The position numbers and the translations under genes were made by a program. From NCBI GenBank assembly GCA_023433835.1, contig JAEYTW010000741.1:1-57905 (forward strand): a DNA stretch of 57,905 nucleotides, written 5' to 3'. This DNA is from Pseudomonadota bacterium. GTDB lineage: Bacteria; Pseudomonadota; Alphaproteobacteria; Ferrovibrionales; Ferrovibrionaceae. The notes under the pieces were generated by a model. It was not told where the DNA came from, searched no databases, and saw only the letters and a list, made by a program, of their open reading frames with translations. Of this stretch, positions 17,884 through 27,144 are shown in pieces. The number at the start of each line of letters is the position of its first letter. The stretch's first letter is position 1.

Positions 17884-17905
17884 GCGATTTGTAATTACAA
17901 ATCGC
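17884..17905. promoter_or_regulatory. perfect 22-bp palindrome GCGATTTGTAATTACAAATCGC (TGTAATTACA box 3)
   Basis: Read directly. Lies in the AT-rich part of the 333-bp gap between virB1-like (divergent) and mobC. Confidence 0.6.
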
Positions 17906-18029
17906 CACATTGCCGGTGACAGGATAGCAACAAGTTGTAGACTATAGTTCAGCACCATGGATCGACCCGCATTGAGGCGCTGATAGAGAACCGCCACGAC
18001 GCCTAGGGGTAGCCGGTTCAAGAATAGGG

Positions 18030-18419
18030 GTGGGGACGGTGCCGGCGGCACGAAGAGCACAAATCTTTCAGATGAGGGTGACGCCGGCGGAGCGGGTCGC
18101 TTTCAAAGCCCAAGCTCGGGCCGAAGGCCTAGCCACCTCGGCCTGGATCCGGTCGCTCGCGGTCGCGCGGTGCAACGGCCTGACCGCGCTGTCGAAGGAC
18201 GAAAAATCTGCGCTCAACAGCGCCACAACAGAGCTGAACAAGGCTGGCGTTAATCTGAATGCCCTGCTTCACGAGGCGCGGCTCGCGGCGATCGACGGCA
18301 AGGCATTGCCTTGGCAGATGCGCGAGCAATACGAGAAGGTCCTCGTCGAGCTTCGTGATGCCGTCGCTGGCGTGCGGGCCACCGTTGGCACCATTTCGAA
18401 GCGTCGCCGAAATGGCTGA
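18030..18419 (+). CDS. mobC: MobC-family relaxosome accessory protein
   Basis: 129 aa. RHH-like FQMRVTPAERVAFKAQARAEGLATSAWIRSLA, then TELNKAGVNLNALLHEARL (equivalent of the GNNLNQ motif). 8-nt overlap with the relaxase start. GTG start is uncertain. Confidence 0.75.
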   Translation: MGTVPAARRAQIFQMRVTPAERVAFKAQARAEGLATSAWIRSLAVARCNGLTALSKDEKSALNSATTELNKAGVNLNALLHEARLAAIDGKALPWQMREQYEKVLVELRDAVAGVRATVGTISKRRRNG

Positions 18420-20076
18420 CGGCGACGCCCAAGATCGTGACGAAGAACGGTCGCGGCGGCGCCTACGCCGCAACCGGGATGACGAACGCGCCCTGACCGC
18501 GCTCGTGAGACGTTCCCGCATAATTATTGGCCGGTCATCATCTGATCATGGCCTTCGGCCAGGCGGGTACGCTCGCGGCGGCAATAGGCCGATATCCTCT
18601 CCAGCCCAGCAGTCGTCAAGCTCAAGGCCAGGGGGAAGCCGGGAAACTGTCGTCAAGGCCCTGAGCTGGACGAAATCTCGCCGCGGCGCGCGGCAGCTGC
18701 TGCGTTATCTCGCCCGCGAGCGCGACAGCGACCGCGAAGCGGGGACGAGGCCTGTAATGCTTCGCGATGCCCTTGGGCGCTCATTCTCGTGCAGCCGGGC
18801 TTTGTCCCTTGTCGATCAGGAATATCAGCTCCTGGATGACAAGGACAATATCGCGAAGCGGCATCGGGATAAATCGCCGGCAGAGCTGCGAGCGCTACCG
18901 GAAAAGGACCGGCTCGCGCGTCGGCAGGCGGCACACCTGGCAGTTTCCATCAAAGCGACCAGTCCCGAGGATTTTGGGCGGTTGGAAATTGCCGTGGGTG
19001 AGTGCGTCGCCTCGGAATTCGCTTCGACAGAAGGCCGCTTCGCCGGTTTTCCCGTTTTCTGGGCCTTGCACGACGACCACGGTGCGCGACCTCACGCGCA
19101 TCTGGTGGTCGGCACGTCGCAACTGCCTGGCTTCGCGAACGGTGGTCGGGCTCGGTCTCTTCGGCTTGGGCCGGATGACCTCGAATTTCTGCGTCAGGAA
19201 ATTACGACACGTCTCGTCTCTATGGGCGTCGACGTCATCGCGACCCGGAAGTGCGACAGACCTGAATGGCGGCGCGATTTAATCGACGGCCGCGTGGCGG
19301 AACTCGAATCTTCCGAGCGGGTAAAAAAGGGCAGGCAGCGTGATTCCGCGGGGGTGGTCGCGCCCGGTCTGGACCGATTGATCGTTAAACGCGCGCCGAA
19401 ATATGCAGCGAAATATGCCGACGAGATGTTGCTCCGCGAATATCGAACGCGGGTCGATGGCCCAGATATTGGCAACCCAAAAAAGCAAACTGTGGCGCCC
19501 AGTAATCCGCCCAACAGACTTCTTGGCGGCGATGATCTGGTGCGCGCTTTATACGGCGATGAGGCACCTGCCGCGCGAGCACGAATTGTCGAGCTGGCGT
19601 CCGAAGCCGACGACGAGCTAGCGCTCTGGTTGATGAGAAATCGGCCGAAGGTCTTTGGCCGGCCGGTTGGGGACCCCGCCGAAATTGTGCCGGAGCGTGC
19701 CGGCCGGCGACCGCGTCGCCTGGTCTGGTCGGAGACAATGACCGAAACCGACGATGCGGTGATCCTGAGCCCGGCCGACCGGGACCGGATCACCGCCCAG
19801 GTACGTCGCATCGGCCTCGATCGGCGCCGCGAGGCACTGGTCGACCGGACGGCCGTTGAACTTGAACGGGTAGCAACCCGGGTGGCAAACGAAGCCGACG
19901 ACGAATACGTCGAGCTGGCGGGCGGCGTCCGGTCCGTCAAACAGCGATTCTTGGAATCTGCGATGCAGGGGCAGCGCGCTGCTCCAGTCGCCGGCCTGCC
20001 CGCGGCCGGCGGAAATCAGCGCATCGTCGATAACCCGCGCGAGAGAGACGCGGGGCAGCGGGATCGAGAGCGGTAA
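18412..20076 (+). CDS. relaxase/mobilisation nuclease (VirD2/MOBP-like histidine motif)
   Basis: The ATG at 18412 overlaps the mobC stop; the track start at 18259 lies inside mobC. Motif WALHDDHGARPHAHLVVG = HxDx(5)HxH. About 554 aa with an Arg-rich C-terminus. Confidence 0.75.
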   Translation: MADGDAQDRDEERSRRRLRRNRDDERALTALVRRSRIIIGRSSSDHGLRPGGYARGGNRPISSPAQQSSSSRPGGSRETVVKALSWTKSRRGARQLLRYLARERDSDREAGTRPVMLRDALGRSFSCSRALSLVDQEYQLLDDKDNIAKRHRDKSPAELRALPEKDRLARRQAAHLAVSIKATSPEDFGRLEIAVGECVASEFASTEGRFAGFPVFWALHDDHGARPHAHLVVGTSQLPGFANGGRARSLRLGPDDLEFLRQEITTRLVSMGVDVIATRKCDRPEWRRDLIDGRVAELESSERVKKGRQRDSAGVVAPGLDRLIVKRAPKYAAKYADEMLLREYRTRVDGPDIGNPKKQTVAPSNPPNRLLGGDDLVRALYGDEAPAARARIVELASEADDELALWLMRNRPKVFGRPVGDPAEIVPERAGRRPRRLVWSETMTETDDAVILSPADRDRITAQVRRIGLDRRREALVDRTAVELERVATRVANEADDEYVELAGGVRSVKQRFLESAMQGQRAAPVAGLPAAGGNQRIVDNPRERDAGQRDRER

Positions 20077-20097
20077 TGACTAGAACAGTCAGCGTGC

Positions 20098-20124
20098 CGG
20101 CGGTGGTGGCCGCCGCGCATTTTT
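20098..20124 (+). terminator. putative intrinsic terminator after the relaxase gene
   Basis: Stem CGGCGG / CCGCCG with a 6-nt loop, followed by CGCATTTTT. Confidence 0.45.
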
Positions 20125-20182
20125 CAGACAGATAGCAACGCGGCGAGAAGCATGCCGCGGCCGTATTAGCGAGGGGGCTAGG

Positions 20183-20665
20183 ATGGTGCATCGAATTATC
20201 GTGGTCGGGTACCACCTCGATCAGGGGGTGGCGAGTACCGACGTGCTCGAGGTGTCGAGCCTCAAGCCGACCACGGTGCTCGAGGTGGTCAATAAGTATC
20301 GTCTGCCGCGGGAAGCGGACGGCGACTGGATGTGCGTTGCGGCAATGAACATCGCTGAAAATGTGAATGTGCTGTTCCGGCTCGGCCACAATCCCAACGC
20401 GCCACCCGCGACCTTGAACAAAGTTCTGACCGACCCGCGCTTAGCAGCCCACGGCCGCTGGGTGCTGGTCGGCTATCTGGAATCGACCCGGGAGGAAGAC
20501 ATCCAGGAGGGAACGGCCCGCAGGCCGGAGCTCGCGATCGACCAGGCGAACAAGAAAGCTCGGGAGCTGATGCGCTTCGGCGATTACGTCCCCCTCACGG
20601 TCATCTACGTCACCCGGAAATCGACAGTGCAGTTCAGCTTGGCGTCGATGTCAGACCGTCGTTGA
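20183..20665 (+). CDS. hypothetical protein
   Basis: 160 aa ORF with coding-like composition. No motif recognised. Confidence 0.45.
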   Translation: MVHRIIVVGYHLDQGVASTDVLEVSSLKPTTVLEVVNKYRLPREADGDWMCVAAMNIAENVNVLFRLGHNPNAPPATLNKVLTDPRLAAHGRWVLVGYLESTREEDIQEGTARRPELAIDQANKKARELMRFGDYVPLTVIYVTRKSTVQFSLASMSDRR

Positions 20666-20682
20666 TCAGAGGAGAACACGAC

Positions 20683-21357
20683 ATGGGATTTGCGAAGCAG
20701 CCAAAGGGCCGGAATGGTGGTTCTGGGCGATCTGGTGGAGGGCGTGACGGCAGGACCGGTCAGGCTGCCCAGCCGAAGCCCTGGCAGGAACTCGGGTTGT
20801 TCGTGACCGAACAGGACGGAAAATGGTGGGTCACCGGCCAGACGAAGCCGGCGGCGCGCCAGCTGCGCGCCATGGGCGGCGAATGGGTGGCGAAGCGCGA
20901 GGCCTGGACCTTCAGCAGCGATCCGGCGAAGCTGCCGGTGCCGACGGCCGAGCAGATGGAGGCGGCCGCGCCTAAGGACCCCACCCCCGAACAGATGGCG
21001 GTGATGGGCGCGGCGCATGAAGTCGTGGGTATCCTTGCCAGTTACGAGGAGGATGAGCGTCCCTCAAGGTCGAAACCCGGTACGAGCTATGTCCTCGGCA
21101 TCGCGCGCCTGCGCGTCTACAAGCCGAATCCTAAGGGCGACGGCGAGCGCCCGCTCTACGACGACTATGAGGTCAGCGCGCTCGATGAGCCTGTCCGCCA
21201 GGCGCTGGCAGCGTTGCCGCGTGGTGCACTTGTGGCCGTACAGGGTGAAATCAACGCGCGTCGGGCATCCGGGAGCGACGACGGGGAGAAGCGCATCTTC
21301 TATTCCCTGCAGGCGACCGATCCCGCCGCGATCAGCGTCCGAGATCAGGCCGCTTGA
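20683..21357 (+). CDS. SSB-like OB-fold protein with an N-terminal WxVxG..LRxxGGxW module
   Basis: ATG at 20683 with RBS AGAGGAGAA 6 nt upstream. Gly/Arg-rich N-terminus. The C-half (VVGILASYEED...YVLGIARLRVYKPN...LPRGALVAVQGEINARR...GEKRIFYSLQA) has the pattern of an SSB OB fold. Confidence 0.5.
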   Translation: MGFAKQPKGRNGGSGRSGGGRDGRTGQAAQPKPWQELGLFVTEQDGKWWVTGQTKPAARQLRAMGGEWVAKREAWTFSSDPAKLPVPTAEQMEAAAPKDPTPEQMAVMGAAHEVVGILASYEEDERPSRSKPGTSYVLGIARLRVYKPNPKGDGERPLYDDYEVSALDEPVRQALAALPRGALVAVQGEINARRASGSDDGEKRIFYSLQATDPAAISVRDQAA

Positions 21358-21385
21358 TCACGGCCGGCAGGTAGAGGAAGCACCG

Positions 21386-22288
21386 ATGCGCCATGCGTCA
21401 GCTCGAACCGCCCCTCGGTTGGCGGCATTGGCCCTGTGCGCGTCGGTGTTCTTCGCTGGACCTGGCACTTCCAGCGCGCAATCACAGCCTGCAGCCGACG
21501 GCCAGGCACCAGCGCTACCGTCGCCCCAAGCCTCAGGGGCAACCGTCCCGTCGCCAAGGCCTCCCCCGGCAAGGCCGGCCGGGCAGGCCATCGACGAACG
21601 CTACCGGGGCTGCGTGGCGACGATCGCGCGCGATCCAGACGCCGCTGTGAGGGCTGGCCAAGCCTGGGTTACGGAGACCGCGACGCTTGGCCTCGATCGC
21701 GCCCCCCTGCTGGCCCGGGCGTGCATTGCCCGTGCGCGGGCCGCCAAACAGGAGTGGGCGCCGGCGGCCTCCGGCTACGACGAGATCTCCATCGCGGCAG
21801 CACCGACCGAGCCATCGCTCGCCGCCGGCGCCGCGCGCGCGGCGGGCAGGCTTTGGTTGCTCGCGGGCGACCCGACCAGGTCGGCGCGTGCTTTCGCCCT
21901 GGCCACACGCCTGGCAGCCCAGGATGTCGATATCCACGTCGACCGGGGCCTCGCCATGTTGGCCGCTGGCAATTACATCGGCGCGGTCGATGCCCTGAAC
22001 CAGGCAGCGTCGATGATCGAGCCCGGCGACCTGGCTGCCTACGACGTGCGGCTCGGCCGCGCGATGGTCTATCGGCGTATCGGTGATGCCGGTACGGCGC
22101 TGACCGAAGCAGAAGGTGCGCTGTCTGTCCGGCCGAACGATCCGCCGGCCCTCCTCGAGCGGGGGCGGATTAGGGCCCTGGCAGGGGATCGGGCAGGGGC
22201 GCGCGCGGACTGGCAATTGGTGGTGCTGCTGGCGCCGGCTACCGCGGCTGGCGTCGATGCTCAGCGCCTGCTCGCTGGCCAGCCATAG
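21386..22288 (+). CDS. secreted TPR-repeat protein
   Basis: ATG at 21386 with RBS AGAGGAAG; the track start at 21017 overlaps the previous gene. Signal peptide LAALALCASVFFAGPGTSSA. TPR-like helices (GNYIGAVDALNQAASM..., GDAGTALTEAEGALSVRPNDPPALLERG). Confidence 0.65.
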   Translation: MRHASARTAPRLAALALCASVFFAGPGTSSAQSQPAADGQAPALPSPQASGATVPSPRPPPARPAGQAIDERYRGCVATIARDPDAAVRAGQAWVTETATLGLDRAPLLARACIARARAAKQEWAPAASGYDEISIAAAPTEPSLAAGAARAAGRLWLLAGDPTRSARAFALATRLAAQDVDIHVDRGLAMLAAGNYIGAVDALNQAASMIEPGDLAAYDVRLGRAMVYRRIGDAGTALTEAEGALSVRPNDPPALLERGRIRALAGDRAGARADWQLVVLLAPATAAGVDAQRLLAGQP

Positions 22289-22291
22289 TCA

Positions 22292-25228
22292 ATGCGCCCT
22301 GGGCGGCGCATGGCGCGGGCCGGCCGGCTTGTCCGATGGGTGCCGCTTGGCGCCTTGGCTCTGGTGCTCATCGCCGAGGCGGCCAGCCTGCAGAGGAGCC
22401 GGTCGGAGGGGCAGGCGACCGTTCGGCGAACGACCGCGCTCATCGCGGCCCGCGTTCTTGGGACCCAATCCGAGCTGATTGCGCTGACCGGCCGCGCCAG
22501 CGACCTCGTGCGCCGCCGCCCATCCGAGGCCAGTTTGATCGAGGGCTTGGCCACGAGGCGTGCCGCGGTGCCGGCCGCCGCTGCGATTGGCATCTACGAC
22601 AAGTCCGGCAGCCTGAAGGTGCAATCGCTCGCTGCAGCAGGACCTCGCCAGCTGCCGGCGAATCTTCTAGCCGATCCTTTCGGCCGGGCGATGATGGCCC
22701 AGGCCGGCGAGGACGCCATTTTCGGTCCGCCTTTGCAGACCACGGGCGGCGCTGTCCACTACCTTCCATTCGGCCGCCCGATCCCGGGCCCTGATGGAAT
22801 TGACGGCTACGTTCTCGGATTGGCGGAAACATCGTCGCTCCTGCCGACCGTGGACGAGACGATGATCACCTCTGTTACGGCGCGGGCCGCCGGTGCGCGG
22901 AGTGATGCTGTGCTTCTGGCCCTGGGCGGCAACAGCGCGGCGTGGAACCCTGTGACCCCGTTCATAGGCCAGGTTGTGCCGCGGCCGGATCTCGTCGCCA
23001 GCTGGGCCGAGAGTGCTGGCGTAGGGGTTCTGGCGGAACTGTTCGGCCCGCTGGTCGCCGTCGACCATGCTGGGGCGATGACGATTGCAACGGCGATCGG
23101 GTTTCGAGACTGGGGATCCGGCTGGGTGCAGGAGGCAGTGCTGCTGGTCAGCGCGGCCTCGCTTATCGCGTGGATGCTGATGCGCCAGGCCGGCCGGCTT
23201 GCCCGCACGGCACGGCGGGCCGAGCGCCGCGGCGCCGAGCTGCAGGCACTGGTCGACGCACTACCGGCGGCCGTCGTCTATCGCGATGGTGACGGCAGGA
23301 TCGTCTTTGCAAACCACGAATTCCTGACCGCACTTGGTGCCGTGCGGCCTGGTGCGGCAGATCCTGCAGGGATCACGGGCTTGACGTTCGACGATATGGC
23401 GCAGGATCTGCATCTGAAGCCGGCGGACCGCAGGCTGGTCGACGAGAGCGACGCGGCGATTGCAAAGGCGCGATCGGCTCTTGGCCCCAGGGAAGGCCGC
23501 CGGCTCGAGCACGGTGCGCCGCATCCGGTGCCGTGGTTTCCTGCCGGCTTGCTGATGCGCCATGTAACGGCCCTCGTACCTGCGATTGATCCGAGCCGCG
23601 GTCCCCATGACCTCATAGATCTCTACCTGGACGAAACGACGCTGACGCGATCGCGGCAGCAGATGCGGGCACACCGCGATACGCTCCTCACTGTCATCGA
23701 CGCCATGCCGGCCGTCGTCGTGGCGATCGACGATCTTGGCCGTGTCGTTCTCGCCAACAGGCGCTTGGCGGACCTGGTAGGGCGGGCGGTGCATGAAGTC
23801 GCGGGTCGCAGCCTGCCTGAGTTGGCGGCGGCCGCGGCTGACCCGGCCGCGGCCGCGCTCTTTCCCGCCGACGGTTCGATGCGGCCGATGGTGACGTCCA
23901 GACGGGCGATCGCCGGCCGTACTGTCGAGACCAGCTGGATGTTGCAGGTCTTTCCATTGGACACAGGATTGGCGCGCTGGATGCCGGCTGATGATTCCGC
24001 GATCATCCTCGCTGGCCCGTCTCGTTTGCTCGTGGCGGTTGACGTAAGTGACCTGGCATCCGCGCAGCAGCGCCTGAAGGTGTCCGAACAGCGATACCGC
24101 GACGTCGTCGATCACATCGGTGAAGCCGTCCTGACGGTCGAGCCGGGAGACCTGGTCGTGAGCATGGGGAATGCCCCGGCCTTCGAGATGTTCGGCGGAC
24201 CCGACGAGATCGTCGGCACCAATCTGCTCGAGGTGCTGGGCACGCCCCAGGGCCTGGCCTATCTGGCCCAGTCATGGAAGCCTGGCGAGGCTGTGGCGGG
24301 CCGAGCGGTCGCCGGCGTGCCGCCGCGTCCGCTGACCGTGACGGCGCTCGTCCATGGGGACGGCACGCAGGCCACGGTCGTCCTTCGCGACCTGTCGGCC
24401 GACCTGGCGCTGGAATCTGAGCGCCGAGCCGTCAGGCAGCGCCTAGAGGCTGAAGTGGCCGCGGCGACGCTGCAGGCCCGGGCGGCGAATGAACAGCTTC
24501 AGCAATTGCTCGAGGGCGAGCGTCTGATTACGCGAAAGGCCACTGATTTCCTCGCGATTGTGGCCCATGAGCTGAAGAACCCGCTGGCGAGCATCGCGAT
24601 GATCGGCAGGACCCTCGAACGGCATGGGGACCGGTTGACGCCGGCGGACATTCGGAGCCGCGGCGAAAATCTGCTGGCGATGGTGGTAAGGCTCGAGCGT
24701 CTGATGGCAACGACGGCAATGGGCCTGCAGGCGGAAGCGCAGAGCATCACCGCGAAGGCAGTCGCCGTCGAGCTCGACGAGTTGCTCGACGAATGCCGGC
24801 AGGAGCAGCTCCTGATCTCGCCCGGCCGGCGAATTCTCATCGGCGGCGAACCTGGGCTATGCGTCGTCAGCGATCGCGACTTGCTCCGGCATATCGTGGC
24901 CAATCTGCTGTCAAACGCGATCAAGTACAGCCAGGACGACATCGACCTGGTCACCGTCGACAACGGCTCGCATATCGGGGTCCTCGTCGTTGACCGCGGT
25001 ATCGGCCTAGACGAGGCCGAGACCGGCCGCATCTGGGAGCGGCACTGGCGATCGGAGAAGGCGAAGGCGGCCGGGATCTCCGGCCTTGGCGTCGGCTTGG
25101 CACTGGTTGCCGAATTTGCGCGCTTGATCGGCGCGTCGATCGAGGTTGCCAGCAAGGCGGGCGAGGGGACCACGATGACAATCTGGCTGCAGGCGAAAGC
25201 AGGTAAGGAAGATCACCATGAACGATAG
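22292..25228 (+). CDS. membrane sensor histidine kinase with a periplasmic domain and multiple PAS domains
   Basis: 978 aa. TM helix, Cache-like periplasmic region, second TM helix, about three PAS-like segments. H-box FLAIVAHELKNPLASI, N-box LSNAIKYS, G-box GISGLGVGLALV. Confidence 0.85.
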   Translation: MRPGRRMARAGRLVRWVPLGALALVLIAEAASLQRSRSEGQATVRRTTALIAARVLGTQSELIALTGRASDLVRRRPSEASLIEGLATRRAAVPAAAAIGIYDKSGSLKVQSLAAAGPRQLPANLLADPFGRAMMAQAGEDAIFGPPLQTTGGAVHYLPFGRPIPGPDGIDGYVLGLAETSSLLPTVDETMITSVTARAAGARSDAVLLALGGNSAAWNPVTPFIGQVVPRPDLVASWAESAGVGVLAELFGPLVAVDHAGAMTIATAIGFRDWGSGWVQEAVLLVSAASLIAWMLMRQAGRLARTARRAERRGAELQALVDALPAAVVYRDGDGRIVFANHEFLTALGAVRPGAADPAGITGLTFDDMAQDLHLKPADRRLVDESDAAIAKARSALGPREGRRLEHGAPHPVPWFPAGLLMRHVTALVPAIDPSRGPHDLIDLYLDETTLTRSRQQMRAHRDTLLTVIDAMPAVVVAIDDLGRVVLANRRLADLVGRAVHEVAGRSLPELAAAAADPAAAALFPADGSMRPMVTSRRAIAGRTVETSWMLQVFPLDTGLARWMPADDSAIILAGPSRLLVAVDVSDLASAQQRLKVSEQRYRDVVDHIGEAVLTVEPGDLVVSMGNAPAFEMFGGPDEIVGTNLLEVLGTPQGLAYLAQSWKPGEAVAGRAVAGVPPRPLTVTALVHGDGTQATVVLRDLSADLALESERRAVRQRLEAEVAAATLQARAANEQLQQLLEGERLITRKATDFLAIVAHELKNPLASIAMIGRTLERHGDRLTPADIRSRGENLLAMVVRLERLMATTAMGLQAEAQSITAKAVAVELDELLDECRQEQLLISPGRRILIGGEPGLCVVSDRDLLRHIVANLLSNAIKYSQDDIDLVTVDNGSHIGVLVVDRGIGLDEAETGRIWERHWRSEKAKAAGISGLGVGLALVAEFARLIGASIEVASKAGEGTTMTIWLQAKAGKEDHHER

Positions 25229-25667
25229 CTTGAAGATCTTGCTGGTCGAGGACGAGGACGTGCTCCGCGAAGAGCTTGCGCTCAACCTGCGACTGGAAGG
25301 CTTTGAAGTCCTGCAGGCGTCGTCGGCCGACGAGGGCTTGCGCATGGCGAAGGCGCACGAGCCGGCCGCGGTGGTCACGGACATCCGCATGCCTCGCAAG
25401 CCCGGAGATGCCGAAGATGGGCCGGTCGGAGGCTACGAGCTGATTCAGCACCTTCGGATGGCTGTCGGACCGTTGGGCATGTTGATGCCCGTCATCGTCC
25501 TGTCGGCATACGGCGACACGTCCGACCGCATCAGCGCGCTCGAGCACGGTGCGGACGGCCATGTGACGAAGGCCAGCGGCGCTGAGATCGAACTGGTCAC
25601 CGCCTACGTCAGGGCCACGCTGGCCAGGTTCTCTGAGATCCGCGCCGCGCTCGCGAGCGCCGGCTAA
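25218..25667 (+). CDS. single-domain response regulator (receiver only)
   Basis: 149 aa. KILLVEDEDVLRE, phospho-acceptor context AVVTDIRMP, and VIVLSAYGD...GADGHVTK. 11-nt overlap with the kinase gene. Unusual insertion (RKPGDAEDGPVGG) after the acceptor Asp. Confidence 0.8.
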   Translation: MNDSLKILLVEDEDVLREELALNLRLEGFEVLQASSADEGLRMAKAHEPAAVVTDIRMPRKPGDAEDGPVGGYELIQHLRMAVGPLGMLMPVIVLSAYGDTSDRISALEHGADGHVTKASGAEIELVTAYVRATLARFSEIRAALASAG

Positions 25668-25676
25668 AGGGGGCGG

Positions 25677-26258
25677 ATGATGAGGGCATCAGCTGGCAAC
25701 GGCGCTATGACGCCACCGCGCGCGACGCGATTTGAGTTCGAGAATGAAGCGGAAGATCTGCGGATGAGCATCGTAGCATTTCTCGATGTGCTGGCGCGAT
25801 TGCCTGGCGGGGCATGCCGAACCGACGTACTCGACAGGTTGCTCGATGCTTGTGCGGACGCCCTGGCCTGGTGCGACCAGAACAGGGGGCTGACTTGGAA
25901 CCAGGCAACTGTTCGGGTCGCCGAACCGGCGCCGGCGGGCCTTGGAGATTTCTCCTCGTTCGCCGGCGTCCTGGCTGAGGGCGCGGGCATCACTTGGCGT
26001 GATCACGATGGGGTTTCTCTGGGCTATCGCCTCGGCCGGGCCGATGTGCTCGTCTACCAGGGCGAGGGTGGCTGGTATTGGTATGATCTTACCAGCCCGG
26101 GCCCCTATGGCGGAGGTCTTGCGCCGGGGCCGTGGCCGAATCAGGAAAGCGCAAAAGCAAAAGGCTGCTTTCGGTTTATCGCGCTCGAAGACGCGCCGGT
26201 CGAAGCAAGGCAAGCCGCGATAGCAGCATGCCCTGTCTCGTTGCCTGATACTGTGTGA
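25677..26258 (+). CDS. hypothetical protein
   Basis: 193 aa ORF. No motif recognised. Confidence 0.4.
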   Translation: MMRASAGNGAMTPPRATRFEFENEAEDLRMSIVAFLDVLARLPGGACRTDVLDRLLDACADALAWCDQNRGLTWNQATVRVAEPAPAGLGDFSSFAGVLAEGAGITWRDHDGVSLGYRLGRADVLVYQGEGGWYWYDLTSPGPYGGGLAPGPWPNQESAKAKGCFRFIALEDAPVEARQAAIAACPVSLPDTV

Positions 26259-26314
26259 CTAGCCGATATTTTCTTATCCCGTGATCTTGTCGCTGGTGGC
26301 GGGCCCGAAGATGG

Positions 26315-26334
26315 ATTATATCGTACGATATAAT
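26315..26334. promoter_or_regulatory. perfect 20-bp palindrome ATTATATCGTACGATATAAT upstream of the sprT-like gene
   Basis: Read directly. Ends 17 nt before the ATG at 26351. AT-rich island in GC-rich DNA. Confidence 0.55.
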
Positions 26335-26350
26335 TTTCAGCCGGGACCGG

Positions 26351-27049
26351 ATGGCAATGCCCACCCACAACGATCGACTGACCCAGGCCGCCTATACGCG
26401 ACTGCAGGCCGCCTACGACGACATGAACGACACCCTGTTCGCCGGCGAGCTGCCGCCGTGCCTGATGACCTGGCAGCGCGGCCGCTCGTTCACCGGGTAC
26501 TTCTCGGCGAACCGCTTTTCGCACCGGCATAGGCCGGAGACCAGCACCCACGAGATCGCGCTCAATCCTGATCACTTCAGCAGCGACATCGAGGTCATGC
26601 AGACCCTGGTGCACGAGATGGTGCACCTCTGGCAGCATGTCCTGGGAAATCCTTCCCAGCGCACCTATCACAACAAGGAGTGGGCCGCGAAGATGGAAGC
26701 GGTTGGGCTTATGCCGAGCAGCACGGGCAAGCCTGGTGGCGCGAAGACCGGTCAGAAGATCTCGGACTATCCGATCGCAGGTGGGCCGTTCGAGAAGGCT
26801 GCAGCCGAGTTTCTGGCGACGGGCCCGGTGGTCGACTGGAGGTCGCGGCCTTCGGCTTCAGCCGCCGGCGGCGCGGCAGCCGGGGCAGGGGGGCAGGGCA
26901 CCAAGGATGATGGTGATGAAGCGGCCCCCGTCGACCCGAAGCGGAAGATCAAGTACAGCTGCTTGAGCTGCGGCACCAATGTATGGGGTAAGCCGGGCCT
27001 AAACTTGGTTTGCGGCGAGGATGGCGCCGCTTTTGAGATTAGAGCCTAG
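26351..27049 (+). CDS. SprT-like zinc metalloprotease domain protein
   Basis: 232 aa. HEMVHLWQH (HExxH) in an SprT-like context (YTRLQAAYDDMNDTLFAGELP...). C-terminal zinc-ribbon-like YSCLSCGTNVWGKPGLNLVCGEDG. Confidence 0.8.
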   Translation: MAMPTHNDRLTQAAYTRLQAAYDDMNDTLFAGELPPCLMTWQRGRSFTGYFSANRFSHRHRPETSTHEIALNPDHFSSDIEVMQTLVHEMVHLWQHVLGNPSQRTYHNKEWAAKMEAVGLMPSSTGKPGGAKTGQKISDYPIAGGPFEKAAAEFLATGPVVDWRSRPSASAAGGAAAGAGGQGTKDDGDEAAPVDPKRKIKYSCLSCGTNVWGKPGLNLVCGEDGAAFEIRA

Positions 27050-27144
27050 TAGTCAGGCATCCGGTCATCCCGGCAGATCAATAGGCAGATGAAACTGAAC
27101 TAATTCTGCTACTGTTCATTTTTCAAAATCGGAACCTCTGGCCC

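Noticed and set aside
18259-18411. Track start of the second relaxase at 18259
   Set aside because: It lies inside mobC in another frame. The ATG at 18412 overlaps the mobC stop, the usual mobC-relaxase coupling.
21017-21385. Upstream extension of the TPR ORF (track start 21017)
   Set aside because: It overlaps the SSB-like gene. The ATG at 21386 has a strong RBS and is immediately followed by a signal peptide.
27050-27144. GAAC/GTTC half-sites upstream of the mucR-like gene, considered as a second SOS box
   Set aside because: The spacings are 13 and 14 nt, not the N7 of the alphaproteobacterial LexA box.
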